The translations under genes and the position numbers were made by a program. Under the pieces are notes generated by a model that saw only the letters and a list, made by a program, of their open reading frames with translations, had not been told where the DNA came from and did not search any database. From NCBI GenBank assembly GCA_964016885.1, contig OZ024742.1, forward strand, positions 289,478,001 through 289,542,000: a stretch of 64,000 bases of DNA. Direction: 5' to 3'. Shown in pieces: positions 1 to 12,070 of the stretch (position 1 is its first letter; the number at the start of each line of letters is the position of its first letter). The DNA comes from Eledone cirrhosa (taxonomy: Eukaryota).

Positions 1-92
1 CGGCCTGGATGTTGTGGGACCAACATAACTGTACATTGAAAGGGGCGGTGTGGATGGGGTGGAGGTGGTGGGACAATACATGTTCAACTTAC

Positions 93-143
93 TTTTTCTA
101 GCTGTGATTTCATAATTTTTCTTTCTTGCTCCAAACGTGTATT
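93..143 (-). CDS. Exon I, coiled-coil gene (gene continues left of the window)
   Basis: tttattgtAG|AAT ACA...GAA AAA|GTaagt; 51 bp; NTRLEQERKIMKSQLEK. Confidence 0.82.
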
Positions 144-522
144 CTACAATAAAAAAAATATTTTTGTTTAAGTTTGTTCTCTTTTAATTAGTTAGCTACT
201 TTAATTAATAAAATAATTTTATGGAAGAACCATTGTAAAGTTATATTCCAAACACCAGATTAATAATAATAAACTTAGTTGTATTACTAAATCTCTCCAA
301 ATTCTTTATTATTTTCAAGAGGAAGTTGGAGAAATACTTTAATTTTTATAAACTGGGTGTGTTTATTAAGTAGATCACCAACACTAGGGAGGTTATGATG
401 TCCTTGACACAACCGAAGGGTCCTCCCAACCCTTTGTTTGGCAAAAATATACATATATATTAGTGTTGTTGTGTGAATAAAATGTTTAAGAAAGGCTTGA
501 AAATACATTGAGGAAAACATAC

Positions 523-592
523 CCAATATTCTTTTTCTTTTCTCAGTTGAAATCTCAATTCTTTGACTTCTTCTTCAAGTACAATATCTCTG
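523..592 (-). CDS. Exon H, coiled-coil gene
   Basis: tctattAG|C AGA GAT...TAT TGG|GTatgt; 70 bp, phase 2->0 (tandem TAG/CAG acceptor possible); RDIVLEEEVKELRFQLRKEKEYW. Confidence 0.82.
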
Positions 593-1213
593 CTAATAGA
601 ACAGAACAATATTACTTCAATATCTCTGATATTAATAAAAGAACAATATTATCAGGACCATCATCATAGTTTTATGTCTGTTTTCCATGCTAGCATGAAC
701 TGGATGTGTCTTTTACAGTCATGCATCCTTCCACATATTGTAGTTCTTCATTATCTCAACTGTGAGCTTAAGTGTTTTGAGACCAGCTCTCATATCTTCC
801 CAGGTCTTTCTTAATCTTTTACTGTGGCTTTCTTCCACTGGGATTTCTTGGCACTTCTTCACCCAACGATCATCATCCATACACATCACATGTCTCGACT
901 AGCACAGTCTTCTCTCCTGCACACTATATCTGATTCCTCTTATATTCAGTTTTTTTCTCAGCTCATCCATGCTTTATTGTCTACGCATATTAGAATTACA
1001 CATCCAAAGAGGCATGCTTTCGCATATCCTCTGCATTCAATGCCCATATTTCACTACCATCATGCATTGCACACAGGCATCATACAGCTGACCTTTCATT
1101 CATTGAGAGAAAACTTTTGTTATCAACAGAGGTATTAGCTCCCTGGATTTTTTTCCATTCTGTTTTTATTCTAGCTACTATGCTCTCACAGCCCCCTCCT
1201 CCACTACTAATTA

Positions 1214-1958
1214 TTAGGTTGTTCCGAAAATAATGGCCGATTCCAGAAACAATTTTATTCTTGAAAAATTAACAACAGAAATTATTTTTGATTAGTCAAA
1301 GTATGAGCCGTGAACATCTATGCCTATTGACTATTCGGTCAAGAAAAGGATCATTGGGGTTTCGCAGAAAGAGCATTGAGCACACTTCAAAATACCAAAC
1401 TTTATGATTTTCATTGAGCTTATGCGGTACCCATTTATCAAGCTTTTTCACCTTACCAATCTTCTGCAGATGGCGTGAGACCGTTGCAATACCGACACCA
1501 AGTGCCTGAGACATTTTTCTGACACTTTGACGTGGGTTTTGTTCAACAATTACTTTCAATTGTTCATTGTCAAGACTACATGACCGTCCACTACTTTCTT
1601 TATCTTCAAGGCTCTCATCACCACTACGAAATTTTTGAAACCACCTTCGTACTGTGCGATCACTTGTGGACCCTTTTCCCCATGCCCTGTTAATATTGGC
1701 AGCTGTTTGGGAGGCATTGTGCCCAAGCTTGAACTCATGCAAGAAAAGTAAGCGAAGGTCCTTTTTTGTCATGTTCATAATTAAGGGCGCCTATGCTTCA
1801 AGAATGTTTTCTGTCTGAAATAAGTATAAAATTATTAAAGAGCATACATCAATTATTAAGTATGTCGAAATTCACCTAAAATATAATTAAAATACTATGA
1901 TAAAATTGCGTTTCAAAACACAACACTTAGAGCGGCCATTATTTTCGGAACAACTTAA
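1214..1958 (-). mobile_element. Internally deleted mariner DNA transposon
   Basis: 26-bp TIRs TTAGGTTGTTCCGAAAATAATGGCCG / CGGCCATTATTTTCGGAACAACTTAA; TA target duplication at 1212-13 and 1959-60. Confidence 0.93.
1296..1778 (-). pseudogene. Truncated mariner transposase (HTH domains and WVPH(K)L linker; catalytic DDD domain missing)
   Basis: 160-aa ORF: HEFKLGHNASQTAANIN...TVRRWFQKFRSGD...KWVPHKL...DPFLDRIV, diverging just before the first catalytic Asp. Confidence 0.88.
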
Positions 1959-2807
1959 TAGATCACCTAGGTAGCAGAAGCTATCAACCACTTCTATGAA
2001 TCCTTCCTGGGTTTGGAAAAAGTTTACTTACTTTCCTGATGCTCTTACTGCTAACTATCCCTGTGCATCTGTTACATACAAAGTCTACTTTTTATATTAG
2101 CCTGCCTGCTATCCCACTCCATCTCTTGTGCTCCATTGATTTTCATTGTGTACATTGTATAGAGTTTCTGTTTACTCCTTTTCTACATACTGAGCTTGGC
2201 TTCAATCAGGGTCCTATCTTCTTTCTCACTAAAACTTTTGTCAACTGGTATATCAGATAAGATCTTACATCACTAATGTTTATGCAAGTAAAAAACTATT
2301 TGATGAGATTGTGTCTGAATATTACTTAACAGATGCCATCAAAATACATATAACAGTGATTAAGTAATAAATAGAATGTGGTGAAATTCAAACATACTGT
2401 CTTCTAATTCGTTATTATATAGTGTTGTTATTTCTGTTTACCTTTTACATACATATATATATATATGTGATATATATGTTGTTGTTGTTAGAATTCAACC
2501 TATATAGCTTTAGTTGGCCTCCTATGAGGTTACAATACAAGAGTTTTCTTGTTTTAAAGATTGGGGGGGGGGGGGGCCTCCAGTTTTATCACATACATGT
2601 TGCTGTTGTTAGAATTCCCACCTATGTAGGTTTAGCTGGTCTTCTATGAAATTTCATCTCAGGAGGTTTCTTGGGTATTTCAATGATAGGTGCCCTTGTA
2701 TCATGTAAAGCCAAAGCCTACCTCTTCATTTCCAGGCACCAGTATTATTATGACTCAATGATGAATGTGAAAGCAATGAAGCAAGAATGTTAAAAAGAAA
2801 TACTCAC

Positions 2808-2860
2808 TGCTTAGGATCCATATCCTTCGTTGGAGGCTCAAATGTTTGTGATTGTGTGAA
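2808..2860 (-). CDS. Exon G, coiled-coil gene
   Basis: acaaaAG|TTC ACA...AAG CA|GTgagt; 53 bp, phase 0->2; FTQSQTFEPPTKDMDPK. Supplies the phase shift required by exon H; the AAG acceptor is weak. Confidence 0.7.
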
Positions 2861-2983
2861 CTTTTGTAGCAGATGTGGTTTGTATGAAATAAAAACAATA
2901 CTATATCAACCAGATACATTTACAGGGATTCATATAGATGTTATATAACAATATGAATGCATATAAATATAGCATAAGATGTA

Positions 2984-5900
2984 CTCATATAGAAATAGTA
3001 TAACATGAAGTCATATAGATATAGTATAACATGGAGTCATATAGATATAGTATAACATGGAGTCATATAGATATAGTATAACATGGAGTCATGTAGATAT
3101 AGTATAACATGGAGTCATGTACATATAGTATAACATGGAGTCATGTACATATAGTATAACATGGAGTCATGTAGGTATAGTATAACATGGAGTCATGTAG
3201 GTATAGTATAACATGGAGTCATGTACATATAGTATAACATGGAGTCATGTAGATATAGTATAACATGGAGTCATGTAGGTATAGTATAACATGGAGTCAT
3301 GTACATATAGTATAACATGGAGTCATGTACATATAGTATAACATGGAGTCATGTAGGTATAGTATAACATGGAGTCATGTAGATATAGTATAACATGGAG
3401 TCATGTAGGTATAGTATAACATGGAGTCATGTAGATATAGTATAACATGGAGTCATGTAGGTATAGTATAACATGGAGTCATGTAGGTATAGTATAACAT
3501 GGAGTCATGTACATATAGTATAACATGGAGTCATGTAGATATAGTATAACATGGAGTCATGTAGATATAGTATAACATGGAGTCATGTAGATATAGTATA
3601 ACATGGAGTCATGTAGGTATAGTATAACATGGAGTCATGTAGGTATAGTATAACATATAATCATATAGATATAGTATAACATGGAGTCATGTAGATATAG
3701 TATAACATGGAGTCATGTAGGTATAGTATAACATGGAGTCATGTAGATATAGTATAACATGGAGTCATGTAGATATAGTATAACATGGAGTCATGTAGGT
3801 ATAGTATAACATGGAGTCATGTAGGTATAGTATAACATGGAGTCATGTAGATATAGTATAACATGGAGTCATGTAGATATAGTATAACATGGATTCATGC
3901 AGATATAGTATAACATAGTCATGTAGATATAGTATAACATGGAGTCATGTAGATATAGTATAACATGGAGTCATGTAGGTATAGTATAACATGGAGTCAT
4001 GTAGGTATAGTATAACATGGAGTCATGTAGGTATAGTATAACATGGAGTCATGTAGATATAGTATAACATGGAGTCATGTAGGTATAGTATAACATGGAG
4101 TCATGTAGATATAGTATAACATGGAGTCATGTAGGTATAGTATAACATGGAGTCATGTAGATATAGTATAACATGGAGTCATGTAGGTATAGTATAACAT
4201 GGAGTCATGTAGATATAGTATAACATGGAGTCATGTAGATATAGTATAACATGGAGTCATGTAGGTATAGTATAACATGGAGTCATGTAGATATAGTATA
4301 ACATGGAGTCATGTAGGTATAGTATAACATGGAGTCATGTAGGTATAGTATAACATGGAGTCATGCAGATATAGTATAACACATAGTCATGTAGATATAG
4401 TATAACATGGAGTCATGTAGATATAGTATAACATTGAGTCATGTAGGTATAGTATAACATGGAGTCATGTAGATATAGTATAACATGGAGTCATGTAGGT
4501 ATAGTATAACATGGAGTCATGTAGATATAGTATAACATGGAGTCATGTAGGTATAGTATAACATGGAGTCATGTAGGTATAGTATAACATGGAGTCATGT
4601 AGGTATAGTATAACATGGAGTCATGTAGGTATAGTATAACATGGAGTCATGTACATATAGTATAACATGGAGTCAAGTAGATATAGTATAACATGGAGTC
4701 ATGTAGATATAGTATAACATGGAGTCATGTACATATAGTATAACATGGAGTCATGTACATATAGTATAACATGGAGTCATGTAGGTATAGTATAACATGG
4801 AGTCATGTAGGTATAGTATAACATGGAGTCATGTACATATAGTATAACATGGAGTCATGTACATATAGTATAACATGGAGTCATGTAGGTATAGTATAAC
4901 ATGGAGTCATGTAGATATAGTATAACATGGAGTCATGTAGGTATAGTATAACATGGAGTCATGTAGATATAGTATAACATGGAGTCATGTAGGTATAGTA
5001 TAACATGGAGTCATGTAGGTATAGTATAACATGGAGTCATGTACATATAGTATAACATGGAGTCATGTAGATATAGTATAACATGGAGTCATGTAGATAT
5101 AGTATAACATGGAGTCATGTAGATATAGTATAACATGGAGTCATGTAGGTATAGTATAACATGGAGTCATGTAGGTATAGTATAACATATAATCATATAG
5201 ATATAGTATAACATGGAGTCATGTAGATATAGTATAACATGGAGTCATGTAGGTATAGTATAACATGGAGTCATGTAGATATAGTATAACATGGAGTCAT
5301 GTAGATATAGTATAACATGGAGTCATGTAGGTATAGTATAACATGGAGTCATGTAGGTATAGTATAACATGGAGTCATGTAGATATAGTATAACATGGAG
5401 TCATGTAGATATAGTATAACATGGAGTCATGTAGATATAGTATAACATGGATTCATGCAGATATAGTATAACATAGTCATGTAGATATAGTATAACATGG
5501 AGTCATGTAGATATAGTATAACATGGAGTCATGTAGGTATAGTATAACATGGAGTCATGTAGGTATAGTATAACATGGAGTCATGTAGGTATAGTATAAC
5601 ATGGAGTCATGTAGATATAGTATAACATGGAGTCATGTAGGTATAGTATAACATGGAGTCATGTAGATATAGTATAACATGGAGTCATGTAGGTATAGTA
5701 TAACATGGAGTCATGTAGATATAGTATAACATGGAGTCATGTAGATATAGTATAACATGGAGTCATGTAGGTATAGTATAACATGGAGTCATGTAGATAT
5801 AGTATAACATGGAGTCATGTAGGTATAGTATAACATGGAGTCATGTAGATATAGTATAACATGGAGTCATGTAGGAATAGTATAACATGGAGTCATGTAG

Positions 5901-6898
5901 GTATAGTATAACATGGAGTCATGCAGATATAGTATAACATATAGTCATGTAGATATAGTATAACATGGAGTCATGTAGATATAGTATAACATTGAGTCAT
6001 GTAGGTATAGTATAACATGGAGTCATGTAGATATAGTATAACATAGAGTCATGTAGGTATAGTATAACATGGAGTCATGTAGATATAGTATAACATGGAG
6101 TCATGTAGGTATAGTATAACATGGAGTCATGTAGGTATAGTATAACATATAGTCATATAGATATAGTATAACATGGAGTCATGTAGGTATAGTATAACAT
6201 AGTCATATAGATATAGTATAACATGGAGTCATGTAGATATAGTATAACATGGAGTCACATAGGTATAGTATAACATGGAGTCATGTAGATATAGTATAAC
6301 ATGGAGTCATGTAGGTATAGTATAACATGGAGTCATGTAGGTATAGTATAACATGGAGTCATGTAGATATAGTATAACATGGAGTCATGTAGGTATAGTA
6401 TAACATGGAGTCATGTAGATATAATATAACATGGAGTCATGTAGGTATAGTATAACATGGAGTCATGTAGATATAGTATAACATGGAGTCATGTAGGTAT
6501 AGTATAACATGGAGTCGTGTAGATATAGTATAACATGGAGTCATGTAGGTATAGTATAACATGGAGTTATGTAGATATAGTATAACATGGAGTCATGTAG
6601 GTATAGTATAACATGGAGTCATGTAGGTATAGTATAACATGGAGTCATGTAGGTATAGTATAACATATAGTCATATAGATATAGTATAACATGGAGTCAT
6701 GTAGATATAGTATAACATGGAGTCATGTAGATATAGTATAACATGGAGTCATGTAGGTATAGTATAACATGGAGTCGTGTAGATATAGTATAACATGGAG
6801 TCATGTAGGTATAGTATAACATGGAGTCATGTAGATATAGTATAACATGGAGTCATGTAGGTATAGTATAACATGGAGTCATGTAGATATAGTATAAC
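2984..6898. repeat. 26-bp minisatellite, about 150 units (GATATAGTATAACATGGAGTCATGTA)
   Basis: Direct tandem repeat with GA/GG/CA variant units. Confidence 0.97.
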
Positions 6899-6941
6899 AA
6901 TATGATTAAAGACAAAAATAGATATAAAAAACACAGTTAGA

Positions 6942-7122
6942 CACCATCATCATCATCTTCATCACCACTACTGCCAAAACCATCATCATCATTATCACCA
7001 CTACCCCCGTTACCACTGCCACCACCATCATCACTACCATTACCCCCATTACCACCACCACCATTATCATCATCCTTATAATCATCATTGACAACACTAC
7101 CACCACCATAACCCCCCACCAC
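6942..7122. repeat. Degenerate (ACC)/(ATC) trinucleotide repeat
   Basis: Low-complexity run. Confidence 0.85.
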
Positions 7123-7920
7123 TCTAGTGGTGGTGTGACAATAAAATGCAACCAATATACTCTGTAAAGTGGTTGCCAATGAAACAGAAATTGCATTGGA
7201 GAGAGGGGACTGACCAGTTTTGCTGAATACATAACAAGCTCTCTAGTGTTGGTGCCATGATGAAATCTACTCAATACATGCTGCAAAATGGTGGATGTTA
7301 GGAAGGGTGTCCTGTCATAGAAACCAAACTGAAAAGTGTTGAGAAGACTCTTCTGTTATGTGATGGGGTACAACAACCTCTAGTGCTGGTGCTACAATAA
7401 AATACACCCAGTACACTCTGTAAAGTGGTTAGTGTAAGAAAGAATATCAAGTTATAAAAACCATATCAAATAAAGGGTTGAGAGGACTTTCCAGTTGTGT
7501 CAAGGACATGACAATCTCCCCAGTGCTGGTGCCACAATAAAATGCACCCAGTACACTCTGTAAAGTGGTTGGTATTAGGAAATGTATTCAATTGTAAAAA
7601 CCATGCTAAAGAAAGGATTGGGAAGAATCTTCAGTTTTGTCAAAGACATGACAACATCCTCCATGTTTGTGCTGATGCAACAATAAAATGCACCCAGTGT
7701 GCTCTGTAAAGGAATTGGTGATAGGAAGAGCATCCAGCTGTAGAAACCATGCCAAAACTAGATCGTATGTTAATGAGACTTGGCCTCCAGCCTGTCTGAG
7801 ATGAGAGTAACTCCAGTTAAGAACTGACTTTGTCTGTGATGACATATCCAACCCATGTCAGCATGGAAAGACAGACAAATAATAATGATGATGATGAGAC
7901 AGACATTAAATAATAATGAT
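7123..7920 (+). mobile_element. Tandem degenerate copies of an RTE 3'-UTR/SINE-like segment ending in (ATG)n
   Basis: Recurrent aaatgcacccagtacactctgtaaagtggttgg...ttaggaagggcatccagctgtagaaacc. Related pieces lie at about 8870-9305, 10100-10390 and 11450-11630. Confidence 0.65.
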
Positions 7921-8006
7921 GATGGTGGTGGTGGTGGTGATGATGAGTATTAATTAGGCAATTTTAGTATATAATGAAGTTATCTGTAAACATATATTTA
8001 GTTTAC

Positions 8007-8039
8007 CTGAATGTTCTCTTCATCTGGAGTAGGATGAAT
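8007..8039 (-). CDS. Exon F (33-bp small exon), coiled-coil gene
   Basis: cttttacAG|ATT CAT...ATT CAG|GTaaac; phase 0->0; IHPTPDEENIQ. Confidence 0.7.
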
Positions 8040-8127
8040 CTGTAAAAGATGAAGTACAGAATTTGGCAGAAATTAAGAAAATTTTTATTCAATTCCAACA
8101 AAAGACAGTAAATTAAAATATTTTGGA

Positions 8128-8497
8128 CATTTACAGTCAGTAGGCACCTCTTAATCAAATATACATCCCCATCCCACTACCCCAACTCCTCCACTCCCAC
8201 CAACACCACCTTTTCTTAGTAAAGTTATGTTGGTACCACAACATCCAGTCCAAAATAAATGAGGTTGTGTAGGTGTCACGACAAAAAAAGACACAGTCCA
8301 CGCTGTAATGTGGACATGTAGGTAACACGGTAAAAACCTCCCAGTTCACACTGTAAACGTGGTTGGTGTTAGGAAGACAATTCTATACGAGCGAGACACG
8401 GTCTCCCGACCAATCTTGCCTCAAGTGGGACAATTCCCGTCTAAACCCATGCTAGCGTGGAAGATAGACGTTAAACGATGATGATGATGATGATGAT
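8128..8497 (+). mobile_element. RTE 3' UTR fragment with (ATG)n tail
   Basis: Collinear with 42355-42732; ends gttaaacgatgatgatgatgat. Confidence 0.85.
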
Positions 8498-8498
8498 T

Positions 8499-8829
8499 TA
8501 CTCTTGGCTCCCAAATAATAGGGTGGTGGTGGAATAATCGGTAATTTTTCTAGGTTGTCTGTTGATTTTTTTAAAAAACCAGAATTAGTCATATTGAGAC
8601 CCCAACCCATCTTATTTACTTTATAACATATGGGATTTCTGGTAATGTATCTTTTTTTTGTCATGTATAATGTTTTTTTCATGTATAATGTTTTTTTGTC
8701 GCAGGAATGATACCACTTAAAATAAAACTTTACCAGAGATAGATTAACAAAATTTAATAAACAGTGGGCGTTGGAAAAAAATCTGAAAAATTAATGTGGG
8801 GGGGGGGGGGTATTCAAGACCCGAGAATA
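8499..8829. mobile_element. Possible degenerate MITE
   Basis: Imperfect terminal inverted repeats tactcttggctcccaaata / tattcaagacccgagaata. Confidence 0.35.
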
Positions 8830-9422
8830 ATTAGAAAAAATGGTTTACAATTCAAACAGAGACAATATAGGATAGAAAGGACTCTTCAGTCTGACTGAGT
8901 ATATGACAACCGCTCTAGTGTTGATGACATAATAAAATACACCCAGTACATTATGTAAAGTGGTAGTGTTATGATACAATGCACCCAGTACTCTCTATAA
9001 AGTGGTAGTGCTAGTGCCAAGATAAAATACACCCAGTACAATCTATAAAGTAGCAGTACTGATGACACAAGTAGTAATGCTGATGACACAATAATGAGTA
9101 CCATGTAATTTTGTAAAGTGTTAGTGCTGGTCCCATGATAAAATGTATCTAGTAGACTGAAGTGGTTGGTGTCAAGAAGGACATCCAGCTGCAGAAACCA
9201 AGCCAAAATATGGAACACATGCATAAGACATGGTCACCCAAGTAATCTTGTCTCAAACCATTATGATCCATCCAGCCCACGCCAACATGAAATGATGATG
9301 ATGATGCCGGTGATAATGGTAATGGCAATGATGATGATGATGATTATTGTGATGATGATGACGATGACGATGACAATGACGATGGCGATGACAATGACTA
9401 TATAAAACTATGAAAACCTTAC

Positions 9423-9539
9423 TATGTGTTCATCTAACAGTTGTTGCATGACAGCAGTTTTGTGTTTTTCATGTTGTAACTTTCCTTGTAGTTGAGCATC
9501 TTTCAGTTGTAGGTCGTGGATAAGGGAGTCTTTTTCATC
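9423..9539 (-). CDS. Exon E, coiled-coil gene
   Basis: aaaccAG|GAT GAA...CAC ATA|GTaagg; 117 bp; DEKDSLIHDLQLKDAQLQGKLQHEKHKTAVMQQLLDEHI. Confidence 0.88.
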
Positions 9540-9617
9540 CTGGTTTATATAACAATATATAAATAACAGACTAAATCGGTAATATGGTCAAGTCAATGTA
9601 ACTTAGTGCAATATAGA

Positions 9618-9962
9618 AGGGTTAGGGTTGATAGTAGGATTAGGGTTAACAGTAGGTTTAGATTAAATTAATAGTAGGGTTATGGTTAATAGCAAGATTA
9701 AGGTTGATAGTAGGTTTAGATTTAATAAGAGGGTTAGAATTAATAGTAGGATTATGGTTAATAGCAATATTAGGAATAATAGTAGGTTTAGATTTAATAG
9801 GAGGGTTAGGGTTAATAGCAGGTTAAGATTTAATAGGAGGGTTAGAATTAATAGTAGGGTTAGGGTTGATAGCAAGATTAGGGTTGATAGTAGGTTTAGA
9901 TTTAATAGGAGAGTAAAAATTAATAGTAGGGTTAGGGTTAATAGAAAAGTTAGTATTAATAA
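9618..9962. repeat. 18-bp minisatellite containing TTAGGG-like subunits
   Basis: Units such as agggttagggttgatagt, aggtttagatttaatagg, aagattagggttgatagt. Confidence 0.85.
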
Positions 9963-9967
9963 CAGGG

Positions 9968-10098
9968 CTCTCCAAAACCTTACAATCTTCTCCAACACCT
10001 CCTTATAGTCAGCAGCATTGACCCTTAAACTCTGAGGAAAGAAGTGAGAAGGCATGACATCTCCCTTGTTGCTCATGACTCCCAGAAAGAACCATTAC
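9968..10098 (-). pseudogene. Tc1/mariner-superfamily transposase fragment (maT/DD37D-like)
   Basis: VMVLSG(fs)VMSNKGDVMPSHFFPQSLRVNAADYKEVLEKIV resembles the VMV.G...G..MP.HFF..GL.VN...Y..VL...V segment of these transposases. Confidence 0.65.
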
Positions 10099-10464
10099 AG
10101 TTGCCAGAAATTCACCAATACACTCTGTAAAGTGGTAGTGCTGGTGCCATGATAAAATGCCCTCAGTACACTTTCGTAAAATAGTAGTGCTGATGCCTCA
10201 ATAATATATACCCAATACACTCTGGTAGTGCTAGTGCCACAACAAAATACACACATATGCTGTAAAGTGGTTGGCATTAGGAAGGGCATCCTGCTGTAGA
10301 AACCATGCCAAAATCAAATCTACAAGCAACACATAGGCATCAACCTGCCTAGCCTAAGACTATACCAACATATGCCAGCATGGAAAATAGATGTGTGATA
10401 GTGATAATGAGTTATTTTAATCCAAAATTTATACAATTGGCACTAAATTAGCATACTGACTTAC

Positions 10465-10584
10465 ATTTTGGGGGTTGTCAAAATTTCTCTGGAATATCTT
10501 TACTTTATCTTTCTCTCGACGAAGTTCAATCTCTAGGTCACTTTTTTGCAGCTGTAATGTCTTCAGATCACTTTCTCGACGTTC
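10465..10584 (-). CDS. Exon D, coiled-coil gene
   Basis: ttgtAG|GAA CGT...CAA AAT|GTaagt; 120 bp; ERRESDLKTLQLQKSDLEIELRREKDKVKIFQRNFDNPQN. Confidence 0.9.
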
Positions 10585-11123
10585 CTACAATATGCATGAA
10601 AAAATACATTTAACAAAAAAATTTCATTTTGAACCCTTTTGATAGTGACCCAGCCAAAACTAGCCCTAGTTCTGTTAAGTTACTATCTTAGTAATGAAAT
10701 CAACCATAATATTTGTATGTGTATATTTATATATTTATCTGTCTGTAACTCTTTAAAATTTTAAAGGGTTCCATATAAATTAAAACCCAATATAATTTGA
10801 TACAAGAACCTTTTAAGTTGTATTACAAATGCCACCTTAATAATTTTAGTAAATCCATCCAAATTGTTATAAATAAATTTAGATAGAGTATATTTTATTA
10901 GAAATATAGCAATCTGATGGGTTGTTTTTGTTTCTTTTGAATGGGAGATAGCTTATTGAGTAGTTTATTTTCTCATTTATAATTCAAAAAATGCAACAAC
11001 AAGCATTTTAAAGAGTCAGTTGAAAAATTCTTAATTTCGTTTTATACTCCAGTTACCCCACAGAAGACAAGAGGTCATAGGCACTGCCCCTCCTCTACTA
11101 ATTACATAAACTGTTTTTCTTAC

Positions 11124-11243
11124 CTTAGCATGTTGCACTGACAGAAGTTGTTCATTAATTTCCTGCTGTAAATTGTCTTTTTTATATTTAGTTTCTCGTA
11201 GAAGATGTTCCTGCTCAGCCAAGCGAACATTCATTTCTTCTTC
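11124..11243 (-). CDS. Exon C, coiled-coil gene
   Basis: cccctAG|GAA GAA...GCT AAG|GTaaga; 120 bp; EEEMNVRLAEQEHLLRETKYKKDNLQQEINEQLLSVQHAK (overlaps ORF 11031..11234). Confidence 0.9.
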
Positions 11244-11654
11244 CTAGGGGCACAAAAACAGAAACATATATACATATATGATGATTCCCGGTGGAAGATA
11301 ATATTAGAAACTGTGAGCTATGTAAACTGCTAAATGGTAAATTTTCATAAAAGACATGGAATATTTCAAGAGCTCATATGAGTTATTGTTTTATATCACG
11401 GGACAAACAAGCTAATACAAGAAAAGCAGGGATGACCAAACCAAGACAATATAAAGTAGGGAGGACTCTTTAGTCTTGTCGAGATATGACAACCTCTCTA
11501 GTGTTGATGACATAATAAAATACACCCAGTACACTCTGTATAGGGGTAGTGCAAGTGCCACAATGAAATACACCTAGCATACTCTGTAAAGTGGTTGGCA
11601 TTAGAAAAGGCATCTAACTGTAGAAACCCCTAGCTGCTACAGCTGGTGCTCATT

Positions 11655-11772
11655 TTTAGTTGAGTTGACTGGAGCAACATAAGATAAAGTACCTTGCTGA
11701 CAGATACATCTGGGAATTGAATTATTGACCTTATAATCGTGGAGCCCATGACCCTAACTACTAGGTCACACA
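11655..11772 (-). mobile_element. Degenerate tRNA-headed SINE
   Basis: Reverse complement reads gtgtgacctagtagttagggtcatgggc...caaggtactttatcttatgttgctccagtcaactcaac, the same core as 11831-12070; a similar remnant lies at about 12650-12760. Confidence 0.6.
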
Positions 11773-11830
11773 CCTTTTATATAATCTCACAATTAATTTT
11801 TTTTATATAATACCATAATTAATCCATAGT

Positions 11831-12070
11831 GGAGGTGCATAGTCTAATGGTAAGGGTGTTGGACTTATGATCATAATGTTGTGGGCTCAATTCTTGGGAT
11901 GAGTTGTATGTTGTGTTCATGAACGAAACACTTCATTTCATGTTGCTCCAGTATACCCAGCTGAAAATGAGTACCAGCAATAACTGAGGGATTTAACCCT
12001 GCAATGGATTGACATCCTGACCAGGAGTCTTGTACTCTCAGTTGCTTCACACCACAATACCAGGATAAAC
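11831..12070 (+). mobile_element. tRNA-derived SINE
   Basis: A-box-like tagtctaatgg and B-box-like ggctcaattc, followed by the core acacttcatttcatgttgctccagtatacccagctg. Confidence 0.72.

Larger units (their letters stand above)
659..2255 (-). mobile_element. Old degenerate RTE LINE 3' fragment, interrupted by a mariner
   Basis: (CAT)n tail near 659. The sequence either side of the mariner (ccccctcctccactacta...gatcacctaggtagcagaagctatc) is collinear with the young RTE copies. Confidence 0.7.

Noticed and set aside
2984-6898. Possible CRISPR-like array
   Set aside because: Contiguous units with no unique spacers, eukaryotic context, no cas genes
6906-7286. Met/Val-rich and Gly/Asp-rich ORFs (also 9166..9405)
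   Set aside because: Products of trinucleotide repeats
9663-10008. Leu-rich and Arg/Asn-rich ORFs
   Set aside because: Translations of the 18-bp minisatellite; only the short transposase piece is meaningful
11831-11900. tRNA gene
   Set aside because: Degenerate boxes continuing into a SINE core; no clean cloverleaf
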